A DNA stretch of 64,000 nt. Source: the human T2T-CHM13v2.0 reference genome, Homo sapiens. The notes under the pieces were generated by a model, which did no database searches, was not told the DNA's origin, and saw only the letters and a list, made by a program, of their open reading frames with translations. The position numbers and the translations under genes are program-made. The stretch is taken from NCBI RefSeq assembly GCF_009914755.1, contig NC_060947.1; one strand, 5' to 3'. Below are positions 1 through 19,004 of this stretch, piece by piece (within the stretch, counting starts at the first letter, position 1; each line of letters starts with the position of its first letter).

Positions 1-776
1 TACCATAAACAATGCTAGATGAACCAAATACATTCTCCTGAAAACATTCCATAGATAAGGACTGTCCTGCTAGTTTAATATTATTAGTTTGTTTGCCAGG
101 AGATCTGTTATTAGCATGTGTACAAGGAGATTTGAGTAACTCACTTTTTTTTCTTCCCAGGAAATCCTTCGGTTGGAGAGACTGGGTTGCAGCTTGCTGC
201 TAATCCTTTCCTTATCAGTTTCCAAAGAACAAGAGTGGGAGGCAGGGTGCCTTCTGTGTTTGTGTATGGCTGTCCAGATTGTGGAAGCTCTGGGGCACTG
301 GGGAAATGAGGGTTTTAGAGTTGGGCATACAGACAGATGACTTAACCAACTGAAGCTCAAATCTCAGCTGTCCCCTTTTTGTGTTACTTTAGGGAGTTAG
401 TACAGCTGTCACCTTATCTGAAGAATGAGAATACTATCTACCTCATTGGTTTATTTTTATAAGCATAGAAGTCTTTTTCGCATGAAAATACTTTTTAAGC
501 TTTAACAAGCTATACCCATGTACTGTATTACTGTTGTTATCAGTGGATGTCTGTAGCCCTTTCTATTTGGATGTCCATTTGTGGCCTGTTCCAAGGTTGG
601 TGGCTCTGACTCTTGGCTGCAAAGCCTTTTAGTGGCTGAAGCTCTGTATTAGCAGCAAGACATCCTGGATGACAGAAATCCTTTGTTTTGGAAACAAAAA
701 GTAGACCCGGGTCTACTTTTAGAGCACCACATTTTTCATTATATTTATTTTCACAGTCTACAATTTTATATATTTA

Positions 777-1121
<345 letters not shown>

Positions 1122-1286
1122 TTATTACATGCTAAGTACTTTTCCATGCCCTTTTAGTATCCAATTTAATCCTCCCAACAACCTAATGAGGTCATTATTT
1201 TTCTTTTTAATGATACATTTTAATTATTACAGAGATAAACACATATATTCAAAATGTCATGTTCTGCTTTGATCAATTAGCGATAA

Positions 1287-1675
<389 letters not shown>

Positions 1676-2726
1676 ATGATTATCTTTTATAAAGTTGTTT
1701 GTCAGACATTTAGACTGTCTGTAATTTTTCATAGAGATAAATACAACTATAAAGAACATATTTTCTAATAAAAATTATACTTACCTAAATCTGTCTTTTA
1801 ACTTTGTTCCTGTAGGTTTTTTCCTATTTGTGGAAATTTTATATACATGTAGAAAAGTTCATGTAAATGTTCAGTTCAATGAATTGCCACAATAAAATAT
1901 TACCTGCATCTAAAGCCCCCCTCATGTTTTCTTCCAGTAATTATGCCATCAGGCTCCACTCTTGTGTTTGGCTTCTTTTGTTCAACATTCGTCTATATTG
2001 TTGTGTGTAGTTATAGTTTGGTTCATCTCAAAGAAGGTGGGAATTATTATTAATCATAATTTATAGGCTAAGAAACGGAGTCACAGAAAGGTCAAGTAGC
2101 TTACTCAGAATCATATACTAGCAAGTGGCAGAGCCAGAATTTGAACCCAAGTAATCTGACTTTGCTCTGTTAACCATTATGCTAGACTGCAGCTCATAGC
2201 TATTTATTTAATGTCCATCTCCCCCACTATGCTGCAAGCTCCATTTAATACCCAGCACCCAGCACCTAGACATACCAGGTGACCAATAGGTATTTCTGAC
2301 TGAATGAACAAAGAATGAATGAATGAATGAATGATACCAGATAGGCCTGCTTTTGTGATTCAGTGCTTTTGCCTCAGTTGCTAGAAATGCCTCTGAAGGT
2401 TCAGGATCTTCCTTTTCTTCACCTTGATTATGGGCACCTCCTCAGAATCACTCTTACTACCTGTGGTCACAGCCTGCTGATATCCCTTCTGCGGCAGCAC
2501 ACAGCAGCCTGTGTGACTCTACTGGGAGAAGACTCTGGAAGCTTCCATGTTGAAGGAAGATTTGCTTCTGTGTGTAGACCTTGGAGAGCTCCTGGGCCTT
2601 ATCTTGTCCTTCCATAAGAGGGAGACACTAGGGTAATACTATTTGCTGCCCCAGGAGTTGGAATGGCCCCTATACAAGTTCATGCTTCTATAAATCCTGG
2701 AGCAGTTGAAAATGATTCCTGCACTC

Positions 2727-3020
2727 TTTTTTTTTTTTTTGAGATGGAGTCTCGCTCTGTTGCCCAAGCTGGAGTGCAGTGGTGCGATCTCGGCTCACTG
2801 CAACCTCGGCCTCCCGGGTTCACACCATTCCCTGCCTCAGCCTCCCGAGTAGCTGGTACTACAGGCACCTGCCACCACGCCTGGCTAATTTTTTTGTATT
2901 TTTAGTAGAGATGGGGTTTCACGATGTTAGCCAGGATGGTCTCCATCGCCTGACCTCATGATCCGCCCGCATCGGCCTCCCAAAGTGTTGGGATTACAGG
3001 CGTGAGCCACTGCGCCCGGC
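2727..3020 (-). mobile_element. AluY-type
   Basis: GGTTCACACCATTC and TTAGCCAGGATGGTCTC diagnostics; TGATTCCTG TSD. Confidence 0.92.
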
Positions 3021-3755
3021 TGATTCCTGTATTCTTAACCCTCAGCTTCCTGTACAGAATTTTGGTGTCCATGGACAGTTGGTCTCTTGACATTTGTGGT
3101 AATCTTTATGGTTTGATTTTTTCTTTCTTTGCCTAACAGTGAATCTTGTACTTATGATGTTACTGAAGCAGGGATATACTCAGGAACCACTTTCAGGTGT
3201 GTTCCATCCAAAGCAATGTGAGATTGACTGTAGGATTTGTGAATCCCAGGCCTGTGCTTGATTGATTGCACTCTTCTTCTCCACACCTGTACTGTAGTGA
3301 GACTTTGAGAAATGGCCCACCTTCTCCTCTGAAAATTGCCTTCAAAGGAATTAGTTTAAGCCAACTGTCTTAAAGCCCATAAATGATCACTACAGAATTT
3401 CCAAAACCAAGAGAATTGGTCCATTTCTCTAATACTTAGATTTTTTTTCTAACACACTGAGGCCTGGCACTATGATAAGAAAAAATAAATCTAGCAACAG
3501 TTCTTTGTATTACAGGAAGACACTTTTTCTTAGAACGTTTTAGCCATTATTCTGATGATCTGCATACTGGGCACAGGTAAACAATTTACATGGAGAAAAC
3601 CCAAGAATTAACTATTATTCATCTAGTAGTCTGATTCTCAGCATTTTCTCCTTATTGAACGAATGCTGTATTTGATACAGGAAACACAGGTTTGGAAGAA
3701 TACACATGCCAGCATTACAGGAAAGCAGATTATTTGCACTTTTTGTGGCCTAAGA

Positions 3756-3977
3756 CAAGGGTTGGCAAACTTTTTCACTAAAGGACCAGCTAGTAAATAT
3801 AATAGGCTGACAACCATACAGTCTCTGTTGCAACCCTTCACATATGCCCCTCTAGAGTGAAAGCAGCCATAAACAGTATGTAAATGAATGGGTATGGCTG
3901 TGTTCCAGTAAAACTTTATTTACAAAAGCAGTCATAGGCCTTATTTAACCTACAGGCCATAATTTGCCAACCCCTTG
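3756..3977. mobile_element. MER58A-like hAT-Charlie DNA transposon
   Basis: Terminal inverted repeats CAAGGGTTGGCAAA ... TTTGCCAACCCCTTG; internal TAAATGAATGGGTATGGCTGTGTTCCAGTAAAACTTTATTTACAAAA. Confidence 0.85.
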
Positions 3978-4152
3978 TCTAGGAGATCCAACAGAAAAAA
4001 ATTAACCAAAGGAAAAAAGCCCTGTACAACATAAGTTGAGAGATAGACATATTCCCCAGATTGGTAAATCCTTTATAGAAATATCTATTTTTTTCCATGG
4101 TGTTCTAAATAAAGAAGTTGAACATGACAGTGAATGTTTTCAAGTGGGGATA

Positions 4153-5026
<874 letters not shown>

Positions 5027-5544
5027 GGGTACATTATTTCCTACCTTGTTCATTTAATGTCCTTGTCCTCCAGAAGTAAACCATCAACTTTAAATTTTGG
5101 AAATGTTCCTGATCACAGTGACAACACCTGGGTTTAATATAATACAGGATTTGCAGAATCCTGAGCCTGGAGGGCATGAGAAATTGCAAGACAGCATGTG
5201 GTCAGGGCTCCACTAAAAGGAACTGGGTGACCACTTACTAGAAAATTGGTCTGATTCAGCAGAAAATATAGCTTGATGATAAAACTATGACTGTTTGCAG
5301 CTTGTATATCTGAGGTCAACCTAACGACTTAATGGGTCAACACAGTTCCCAAAAACTACAACCAGACTTGAGGTTCAGTAAACGGCCTGTGCCCAGCTTC
5401 ATTACAATGACCCAATCTGGAACTAATAAGCTTGGCCTTGTTCAACCAATCAGTCTTTGTGAAACTTTGCAGCTTTGCTTTTATAAGACCCACTCTGAGG
5501 GTCTCCAGAGGGTATGCTCTCCCTTGTATATTGCCTAAATGCTA

Positions 5545-6187
<643 letters not shown>

Positions 6188-6400
6188 TCAATTTTCAATT
6201 GTCTCTGAATGATTCTTTGACAGTTTGAAGACTCCATCCTACAGGACCTAATTCTACTTAAGTTTTCCCTAATCTTGTCTATCAGTAAACTGATTTTAAT
6301 GCTCACCATGTCTCAAAGTCTTCATATTTCTTTTATTAGTGGTGACCTCAAAGGTTGTGTATAGGGAAGTATGGGGTGATCTGAATCATGCCAATGTCAC

Positions 6401-6499
6401 TGAAACTGCCTTTGCAAAAATTATAACAGTGAGAAAATTAGGACAGTGAAAGAGATCTATCCTAATTGACTCCATATTGCTTTTAACCTGCAAATTGTC
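6401..6499 (+). mobile_element. LTR8-like ERV1 LTR, 5' fragment only
   Basis: TGAAACTGCCTTTGCAAAAATTATAACAGTGAG...GACAGTGAAAGAGATCT...GACTCCAT resembles the recalled LTR8 5' end. Confidence 0.7.
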
Positions 6500-7251
6500 A
6501 AACAGAGCAGGCACAGAGAGCTAAAGGTGCCAGAGATGCTGAGGGAAGCGTGTGCATTTTTGATAACTGTGTACTTCTAGTGACTGCACAGTTTGAAATA
6601 CCATGTCACTAATAGAATGTTTCAGAAGCCGGATTGATGTGGGGAAAGCACCTTTCCCAAGACTTTGTCTTGGCTCCCAGGAGGAGGGACTCCCTGACTT
6701 TGACACACATGGCCACCTTGGCATTTCAAAAGCCTTGTGGTATGGAAAAACAAATTCATTTTTATGTCCTCTTTTCCCTTTCCACCTTTCAGCACAGACT
6801 TAACTCCCTTAAACCCAGACATCTGTTGGGACCTCACCTCCAGTCATTGGTTACCAGTGTGTCAGGCAATCTGGACTTTCCAGTGATGCCACTGAGATAG
6901 CACCCCTCGAAAGAGCAGTGGTTCCATTTCTAGATGGTGGATCTTCAGACAAATTCGGCTATTTTCATTTCACTTCCTGAAAGTCAGGGTCAGCTCATGA
7001 AAAGTTGTTAAACAACATGCTAAACGTGAAATGTCAACCCTCACTCTAAACTTTCCCTGTTCAGAGCATCAGATGAAGACTTCATTGGGTTTTATAGTGG
7101 CTTTCTGATTTTTGGTAGTCCATTGAAGAAGGGAGTTTGAAAGCTGCATACTGTTAACGATTGTCTGCCCATGTCTGCCTGAAATACCATGATTGCTTAT
7201 GGAAAGTATCTTTAATAAAGCTAGATACAATTTGGCTTGGAAAAAAAGAAA
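6500..7251 (+). pseudogene. HMGN2 processed pseudogene fragment (last ~15 codons, 3'UTR, polyA)
   Basis: Translates TEQAQRAKGARDAE vs HMGN2 TDQAQKAEGAGDAK*; then the recalled HMGN2 3'UTR (GTGTGCATTTTTGATAACTGTGTACTTCT...), AATAAA 7214-7219, A-tract 7241-7251. Confidence 0.88.
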
Positions 7252-8248
7252 GCCACTCTACCCCCGTGAGGCGGGAGCCACCGTGTCCGGCCTCGGTCAA
7301 TCAAGTCTTGAAACACATTATCACCTGCTATTGCGGGGGTATCGAGGGCAGGACACAACTGGGAACACGGCCTACCCTGGGCCGCCCTTCACTGCTCCAT
7401 GACAGCATTATCACATAGAGGAAGACATATCCCCAGGTGGTGGCCCAGAACAGGAGCTCACAAAGCAGAAAGGGTGATGCCAAGTGGATGACTCAGGAGC
7501 AGGCAGATGAGGAACCTCCTTTTCTGGAAATATAACGTAAAAAAGTCATCTTTGAAGAGAGTAGGGGAAGCTAATGTTTGTGTTACACTTAGAGTTTAAG
7601 TTTCACACCAGATATGAGAGGTTCTTACATGAGATAATACTTTTGCACCTTGGCTTTGTAAAGGCCAGATTGTTATAAAAATGGTGATGGCACAAGGCAA
7701 TGACTGTCTGGGCCAGATGAATGGATAATGAACAATCTTTCCAGAAAAAATGTAGGCCAGGAGTCATATCCAGCTTTCATATCTCACAAAACTAAAATTA
7801 TAGTTGGGGGTATCATCTTTTCTTAGCAATGCATTTTGACTGTAATTTGGTATTAGTGTTATATACTTAGTAACATTAGTCAGCCTTATTAAAATGGATC
7901 TGATGACACAATTTTTTTCTTTTAAAAATATTTTAAGTTTTTACTCTTTTCAAAATGTAGGATGACTAAACAGGAGGTACTTTGTCTACAGGAACTTCTT
8001 TGGGTAAAGTAAAATAGTGAAATTTGATATACATATAATTTTAATATATGAATACATTATATATATTAAAGCTATACATACACTGAACCTGCTAGTTTCC
8101 CTTATATATTTATATTTTCATACTAACTTTATATATTTATACCATTGAGATATTTACATATAAAATTTTAGTACTTATATATACATATATAAACATATAG
8201 ACACAAATACATGCAAATAGAATTTTATTTTTCTGAACACCAAGTATA

Positions 8249-8546
<298 letters not shown>

Positions 8547-8768
8547 TGAACACCAATTATAATTTTAATTCTCCAAGCCACATTTGGTAATTCTTGTAAA
8601 ACCACGCAATCTATGGGCTGATTTAGGCACTAGAGTATTGTGGATAGTGAAAAAGATTTTTGGATGTTAGCCTTTGTCTTTGGAAGCCTAAGTGGTAGCA
8701 TGGGTCTACTTTCCTACCTCTGCAGGTAGGGCACAATGAATGTAAGTGAATCTTCGAATGATGATGCT

Positions 8769-9142
8769 TGTCTTAGTCCATTCAGCCTACTAAAACAAAC
8801 TACCATAGACTGGGTGGCTTATAGACAACAGATTTATTTCTCTCTGTTCTGGAGGCTGAAAAGTCTAAGATTCAGGTGCAAAGAGATTCAGCGTCTGATG
8901 AGGGCCCACTTCATCCTTTGTAGATGGTGTCTTCTTGCAGTGTCTTCACATGGTAGTAGAAGGGGCAAGGCAGCTCTCTAGGGCCTTTTTTTTTATTATT
9001 AGGGCACTGATCCTATTTATAAGGGCTCTGCCCTCATGTCCTAATCCGCCCCCCAAAGACCCCACCTCCTAACACCATCACATTGGGGGTTAGGATTTCA
9101 ACATGTGAATCTGGGAGGGATGTAAACATTTAGTTCGTAACA
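8769..9142 (-). mobile_element. MLT1A-type MaLR LTR
   Basis: TGTCTTAGTCCATT...ACCATAGACTGGGTGGCTTA...TTAGGATTTCAACATGTGAAT...AACATTTAGTTCGTAACA. Confidence 0.8.
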
Positions 9143-9669
9143 ATGCTAATCTTGCTTTGTCTCTGCATCTTGATCCCGAATATTGTTTTCATGATGCCTC
9201 ATGGATGGGAGTACATTTTGGACCTGTTCATTTTCTTGTGATTTTCCTCTAATGTTTTGAGGGTCTGCTGAGTGAGGTTCTAATGGACTGTAAGCTTCAC
9301 CTGAGTAAGTGCTTCACCTTGGGAAGAATTAGAAATAGGAAAAAAAACCAACTCTTGTCTTATTTCAACTCCTACAATCAGTTACCAAGCCCTGTTCAAA
9401 ATATCTGAGACATGACTGAAGTATTTCCTTTACATCTTCACAAACACTGACTTCATTAGTTGCCACTGGGGTATTGCAATCACTTCCTAATCTGTTTCCT
9501 GCCACCAATCTCACTCCACTCCAGTCCACTGTCATCACCATGACTACAGTTAACATGCTAAAAAAGGTTACTCTTCCTCTCCAAACTGTTAATTAGTTCC
9601 CCACTGTCCCCAGGAAATAAAAGGTTTCTGAAGCAATTAGAAGGATGGTGGTGAGGGGGAACATAGCTA

Positions 9670-9870
9670 ACCTTTAATGAGTTCTTACAATGTGCCAGAC
9701 ATTGTTTTATGGACACAATTTATTTGGACTATGTCACTTAACTTTAAAACAACTAAGTGAGTAGCCATCATCATCATTCCAATTTGTAAGTGAAGAAACA
9801 GGCACACAAAAGAGTTAAATAATTTGCTCAAGGGCACACAAATAATTAATGGAACAAGGATTTGGGCCTT
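9670..9870 (-). mobile_element. MIR
   Basis: AATGTGCCAGACATTG...TGAAGAAACAGGCACA...GTTAAATAATTTGCTCAAGG core. Confidence 0.65.
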
Positions 9871-10715
9871 GTAAGCTATAGAAATTGACAAGATGATTCT
9901 AAAATGTACAGCTTATGGAAAAGCAAAATGACTAGGATAGCCAAAACTACTTTGCAAAAGAAGAACAAAGTTGGAAAGTATCACTACTTGATTTCAAAAT
10001 TTATTGTAAAGCTACAGCAATAAAGACACAATGATATTGGCACAAAAATAGACAAATAGATCAGTGGAATAGAACAGAACTTCATATATATGGTCAATCT
10101 TTTTTTTTTTTAACAAAGGTATAAAGGCAATTCAGTGGAGAAAGAATAGCCTTTTCAACAAAGGATGTTGGAATGTTTGGATATCCATATGCAAAAAATA
10201 AAACATGACTTACACTTCACACCTTATACAAAAATGAACTGAAAATGGACCATAAGCCTAAATGTAAAGCTTAAAACTATAAAACTTCTAGAAGAAAACA
10301 TAGGAGAATATCTTTGTGACCTTGGGTTAGGTAAATTTTTCTTAGATCTGATACCAAAAGCACACTCCTGAAAAGAAAAGTGATAAATTGAATTTCATTA
10401 AAATTAAGAGATGCTGCTGTTCAAAAGACACTGTCAAGAAAATGAAAATATAGCTACAGATTGGGAGAAAGTATTTGCAAAACACGTATCTCCTAAAAGA
10501 CTTGTGTCCAGATCATATAAGAATTCTCAAACCTCAATGATTAAAAAAATCCAAAAAAATAGGCAAAATATTTTAATGGACATGTCACCAAACATATATG
10601 GATAGAAAATAAGCTCATGAAAATATACTCAGCAGCACTAATTATTAAAGAAATAATCAAAACCACAATGAGACACACTAGGTACCTACTAGAATGGATT
10701 AAAACAAAAGAAATC

Positions 10716-10986
10716 TTGGGAGGCTGAGGCGGGCAGATCACGAGGTCAGGAGATCGAGACCATCCTGGCTAACACAGTGAAACCCCATCTCTACTAAAAA
10801 TACAAAAAATTAGTTGGGCATGGTGGTGGTTACCTGTAGTCCCAGCTACTTGGGAGGCTGAGGCAGGAGAATGGCGTGAACCTGGGAGTCAGAGCTTGCA
10901 GTAAGCTGTGATCGCACCACTACACTCAAACCTGGGTGACAGAGTGAGACTCCATCTCAAAACAAAACAAAACAAAACAAAAAAAC
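10716..10986 (+). mobile_element. 5'-truncated AluY-type
   Basis: Starts at TTGGGAGGCTGAGGCGGGCAGATCACGAGG; (AAAAC)n tail. Confidence 0.9.
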
Positions 10987-11358
10987 AAATCTGACAATAC
11001 CAAATGCTGTCAAGGATGTGGAACAACTGGAATTCTCAACATTGCTGTTGGGAATACAAAATGGCACAGCCACTTTAGAAAAGAGTTTCACAGTTTGTTA
11101 TGAAGCTAAACATATACTTACCATGTGATCCAACATTCCCCTCCTGGATATTTACCCAAGTGAAATGAAAACTTCTGTTCACAGAAAATCTTATTTGTGG
11201 ATATTTCCATCAACTTTGTTCATAATTGCCTAACTGGAAAGAATCCAAATGTCCTTCAACTGGTAAACAGGTAAACAAACATTGGTTAATCTATATGATG
11301 GAATACTATGCAGCAGTGAAAAGCAACAAACAACAAATACATGCAACAACATGGATGA

Positions 11359-11649
11359 ATTTTTTTTTGAGACAGAGTCTTACTCTGTCACCCAGGCTAG
11401 AGTGTAGTGGTGTAATCACGGCTCACTGCAGCTTTGACCTCCCTAGTGCAACCAATTCTCCCGTCTCAATCTCCTGAGTAGCTGGGACCACAAGAGTGTA
11501 CCACCATGTCCAGCTAATTTTTTGACTTTTTGTAGAGACGAGGTTTCACTATGTTGCCCAGACTGCCTCGAACCCTTGGGCTCAAGCGATCCACATGCCT
11601 CAGCCTCCCAAAGTGCTGGGAATATAGATGTGAGCCACTGTACCTGGCC
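11359..11649 (-). mobile_element. AluJ
   Basis: Diverged antisense Alu; TGGATGAAT TSD. Confidence 0.9.
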
Positions 11650-12014
11650 TTGGATGAATCTTAAATATAGGTATGTGAAGGAGGCCAGTCACAAGGGCTA
11701 TATGTTTTATGATTCCATTTATATGACTTCCATTTATAAGCCCTTCTGGTAAGGCAAATCTATACGCACAGAAGAAAGATAACCAGTTGCCAGGGATTCT
11801 GGGTGGGGGAAGAAGTTGACTCCAAAGATGCATGATGGAATTTTGTTTTGCAAGATGGAACAGTCTATAACTTGATTACGGTGGTGGTTGCATGACTATA
11901 CATATTTTTCAACACTCACAGAACTGAAAAGGATGAATTTTACTCTGTGTGTATTATATTTAATTTTTTTTAAGTTTATGCTTGACCCAGAATGGGTACA
12001 GAAAAAAGAAATTA

Positions 12015-12326
12015 GGCCAAGTGCAGTGGCTCACACCTGTAAACCCAGCACTTTGGGAGGCTGAGGTGGGAGGATCGCTTGAGCCCAGGAGTTGGAAACC
12101 AGCCTGAGCAACCTGGCAAAATCCCATCTCTAAAAAAAAAATACAAAAATTAGCCAGGCATGGTGGTGCACGCCTGTAGTCCCATCTACTCAGGAGGCTG
12201 AGGCAGGCAGATTGATTGAGCCCAGAAGGTAGAGGCCGGAACGTCAAGGCTGCAGTGAGCCATGATTGCGCCACTGCACTCCAGCCTGGGCGACAGAGCA
12301 AGACCCTGTCTCAAAACAAGAAAGAA
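12015..12326 (+). mobile_element. AluJ
   Basis: GGAGGATCGCTTGAGCCCAGG, GGCTGCAGTGAGCCATGATTG. Confidence 0.9.
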
Positions 12327-12641
12327 ATTTACCAATTGAAAATTAGGTAAATTATCTCGCAATTAATTGAATTCTCTTATTCCTCCAGCAAAGGTTAGTC
12401 TGGCCAGGACATTTCTTAGCATGTGAATCTCTGCTGAGCTGCTACAGGGGAGGGCTGTAGTTGAAGATCTTTTAATGAACCAGAGTGTTCGTTAACATGC
12501 TTGGAAGGCTCAAAGGATGGTGTGGACACAGAGTAATTTTTTCTAACAACATCATATTGTGTAAAAACAAGGCAATTAGGCAGCACAAGTGAAGGGGATG
12601 GCCAACCATGATAAGCAGTGTCAGGCCTACTAATGCATGTT

Positions 12642-12642
<1 letters not shown>

Positions 12643-12674
<32 letters not shown>

Positions 12675-12712
12675 ACACACATACACACACACTGACACAC
12701 ACACATACACAC
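12643..12712. repeat. (CA)n microsatellite, imperfect
   Basis: Visible CA run. Confidence 0.95.
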
Positions 12713-12969
12713 AGGTTCACAGCCTCTTCCAGTGCACCTGTGGCCTAGGTAGCCTTGGCGTCTTCCCTCTGGGAAGTCAAGAGTGAGTCACATCCTCCAT
12801 TTTTGGTCTTGTTAGCTTTAATACCTGAAAAAACCTTACATTAAATTGCCCATTTCACTTGGATGGAATATAATTTCACTTCTCCATATGCCCAGATGTA
12901 TTACATAGCACATTATCTACATCGATAAGAATGAATGGCTGACTTCTCTCACTCATCTTCAGTCCTAAA

Positions 12970-13438
12970 TGCAGCAAATGCTGCCGGTGCCCTGTCCATC
13001 TCCCCTTGGCACTCACCATTCTGTACACACAGACAGAGTATTACCGCAAGCACCTGTGACTTTGTCTGAGGGCATCCTCGAGCCAAATCAGCATGGGTGG
13101 CCCCTGTATGTGGCAACCAGAAGTGTCAGGGAATAATGCTCCCAGGACTGTCCTCAGTCTATGAGAAAGAAAAGTGGATGAATAAATACCCCAGCTTCCT
13201 TGCATCTAGGACGGGACAATCTGAGGCTTATTCTGTACTGTCTTCCAAGGTCCCCAGCATGGACCAGTTGTCTGGAGCCGCTTGTGCTCAGGAATACGTC
13301 TCTCATTGTCTGTTTTCCTATCCCTGACTCAGCTCCCCTTTCTGTCACCAATGCTTCTAAGGATTAGCACCCAAAGAAACTACTCCCACTCAAATCCTCT
13401 CCTCCGGGAATGCTTTTGGGGAAACCCAAGTGAAGACA
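12970..13438 (+). mobile_element. LTR16-family ERVL LTR
   Basis: GATGAATAAATACCCCAGCTTCC...GGGACAATCTGAGGC...CTCAAATCCTCT...GGGGAAACCCAAGTGAAGACA end. Confidence 0.65.
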
Positions 13439-14339
13439 GGGGCAATTCGCCAGCTGAAGATCGAGTCCATCCCATGGCAGGGTGGGCAGATATACCTCTC
13501 TAATAAGTGAGATGCACCCTGGGATATCAGCGGAGGGAGGGGCAGAATTTAGATCACACTCATGAGTCAGAAAAACAGGCTATGGAGTAGTTCTCCCCAG
13601 AAAAACATTATTGATCTTGTCCAATAAAACAAACAAAACCAAACAAACTGGGAGATTTCAAGGCAACAAAGTTAATGGAAAACAATGTCCCATAAATTAC
13701 CTAAGACTGAATGATATTGCTGCAAATCCATCTTTAGGATCTTAGCTAAGGTCTACAGTTTACTCTAATCATTGAAAATTTATTGCCATCACCTGGAACA
13801 ATTGTTCTCGTCCTTATCAGGTGCAAATCACCTTGTAGAAATGAATGGTTTCATGTCTCTCTACCATCCTGACCTGCAATCCATAGACAATGTAATGACC
13901 CACCACGTAATTTTTTAATCTGTAAGTGCCCTAACTCAACACATGGAGAAATAAAGGTGAGTAATTATGTAAATGAACGTCAGGTACTGATGCATCTACA
14001 TGAACACCCCCAGGCGGGAGCTCACTCGACGACGACAGGAAGAATCCTGATGCTTGCCACAAATCTGTGGCGTCTCTGGGCATGGAAGCACTGCTACCGC
14101 GGGCTCATTCCGCAGCCCAGTGGCTGACAGATACCAACAGCAGCCTTGCAACTGATGGCAAGAGATTCCAAAAGTGCCAACAATTGTTGAAGTTTCCACC
14201 AAGATCAGTGACAACTTCCCATGATTTCCCGACAGCGGCATTCCTGTGGAAACTGATGTCTATGCACGGTGCGAAAGATACATCTATACCGTCATTGGTG
14301 GCTTATGCTTTTGCATGTATGCTTTCAAGGTGAAATGGC

Positions 14340-17591
<3,252 letters not shown>

Positions 17592-18004
17592 GGCTTGTGG
17601 TAGTTTGTCTCTCTTTTAAAAGCACAGGAGCATTGACTCAAATGATTTCCCAGTTTTTACTTGAGTTTTGTTTTTTTTTTCATGTTTCGGTATTTTACAT
17701 TTTAAAGTACACAGTTTACACAGAAGCACAATCCACTGATTTTTCTTTAGAAACGGAAGTGATTTCCTAAAGGAGCGTTGTTTTGCTTAAGTTACTCTTT
17801 TTGTTGTCATTGCTGCTGTCGATATAATTATTTTTAATATAGTGTTTTAAAGTGTCCAAATCCCAACCAGTTTGAGTCTAAACTCGTGAAACGTATAATT
17901 TCTCTAAAGCCGTAAAATGGCAATACCAACAATATTAAGTTAATATTTTAACAAGATTTTAATTTTAAGTTAATATTTTAACAAGAAGAGTGGGATTAAA
18001 TTTA

Positions 18005-18330
18005 TTTTAATGGTGGTAAAAACATATAATCTAAAATGGACCACCTTCACTATTTTAAGTGCCCAGTGCAATAGTATTAAGTCCATCCCCACGGTTGTGC
18101 CGCAGATCTCGAGACCATTTTGCAACACTGAAACTCATGCCCATTGAACAGCAGCTCCCCATTCTCCCTTGCCCAGTCCCTGGCAGCCATTGTTCTACTT
18201 TCTTTCTCTATGAGTTGACTACCCTGGCCATTTCATGGAAGTGGAATCATATGGCATTTGTCATTTGATGAGTGTCTTATCTCACTTGGCATAATGTCCT
18301 CATGATCTATCCCTGCTGTCTCATGTGACA
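18005..18330 (-). mobile_element. Old L1M 3' fragment
   Basis: CCCTGGCAGCCATTGTTCTACTTTCT...GTGGAATCATATGGCATTTGTC. Confidence 0.7.
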
Positions 18331-19004
18331 TAAAGGTCATTGCTTTTTAAAAATGGTTTCCCTGTACATAATATATATGAAAGTGACTTATGAATTCTGA
18401 GAAACCTCTTTCAGAAGAATTCTGAAAGAGTGTAATCGTATTTAGATTAATAGGTTTATGTACAATATATGGAATGGAATTATTACACATTCATTTTGAA
18501 AAATGAAATGAAAAAGTACAATACAGTGATCCTTGTCACACTGCGATTGAATACATGGAAGACCTCTAAAGCTGTGGAATGGAATTAGTGGCAGATTTGC
18601 TTGTGACAGTCCCCTGCCCTTTCAAAGGCCCTGTCTGCACCTAGTGCTCCACAGAGCAAGGCTTTCTCACTGGCTTTGAAAAGGCTCTTTTTGGATGTTT
18701 TGTGTGCTCTCTTTATAAAATCATTTACATTTTTTGTAGGTTGTTTGCAAGAAACATTTAGTGAAACATTTGAAAATCCATTTTATTGGTTTGCTTTTCA
18801 AATATCTGTAGCCTTGTTTCTTAAGTAGAACCCCCGTCTTTTTCTTTGTCTTTTTCTCTTTGTTGATGCATCATCATCAGTTGTTCAGCTGTTTCTGCTC
18901 CCTCATTTTTTCCCTTGTTCCAGTGAGACTCAAAGAACCATGAACTTTTGTGCCCCTTTGTCTTCCCTTTCTTTTTTCTTTTTTAACAACTAAGGGGTAA
19001 TCAC

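Larger units (their letters stand above)
9875..11990 (+). mobile_element. Old L1 (L1MB/MC) ORF2 3' part and 3'UTR, interrupted by Alus
   Basis: AAAAGAAGAACAAAGTTGGAA, AGATCAGTGGAATAGAACAGA, AAAACTTCTAGAAGAAAACATAGGAGAA, GGATGTGGAACAACTGGAA motifs. Confidence 0.85.
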
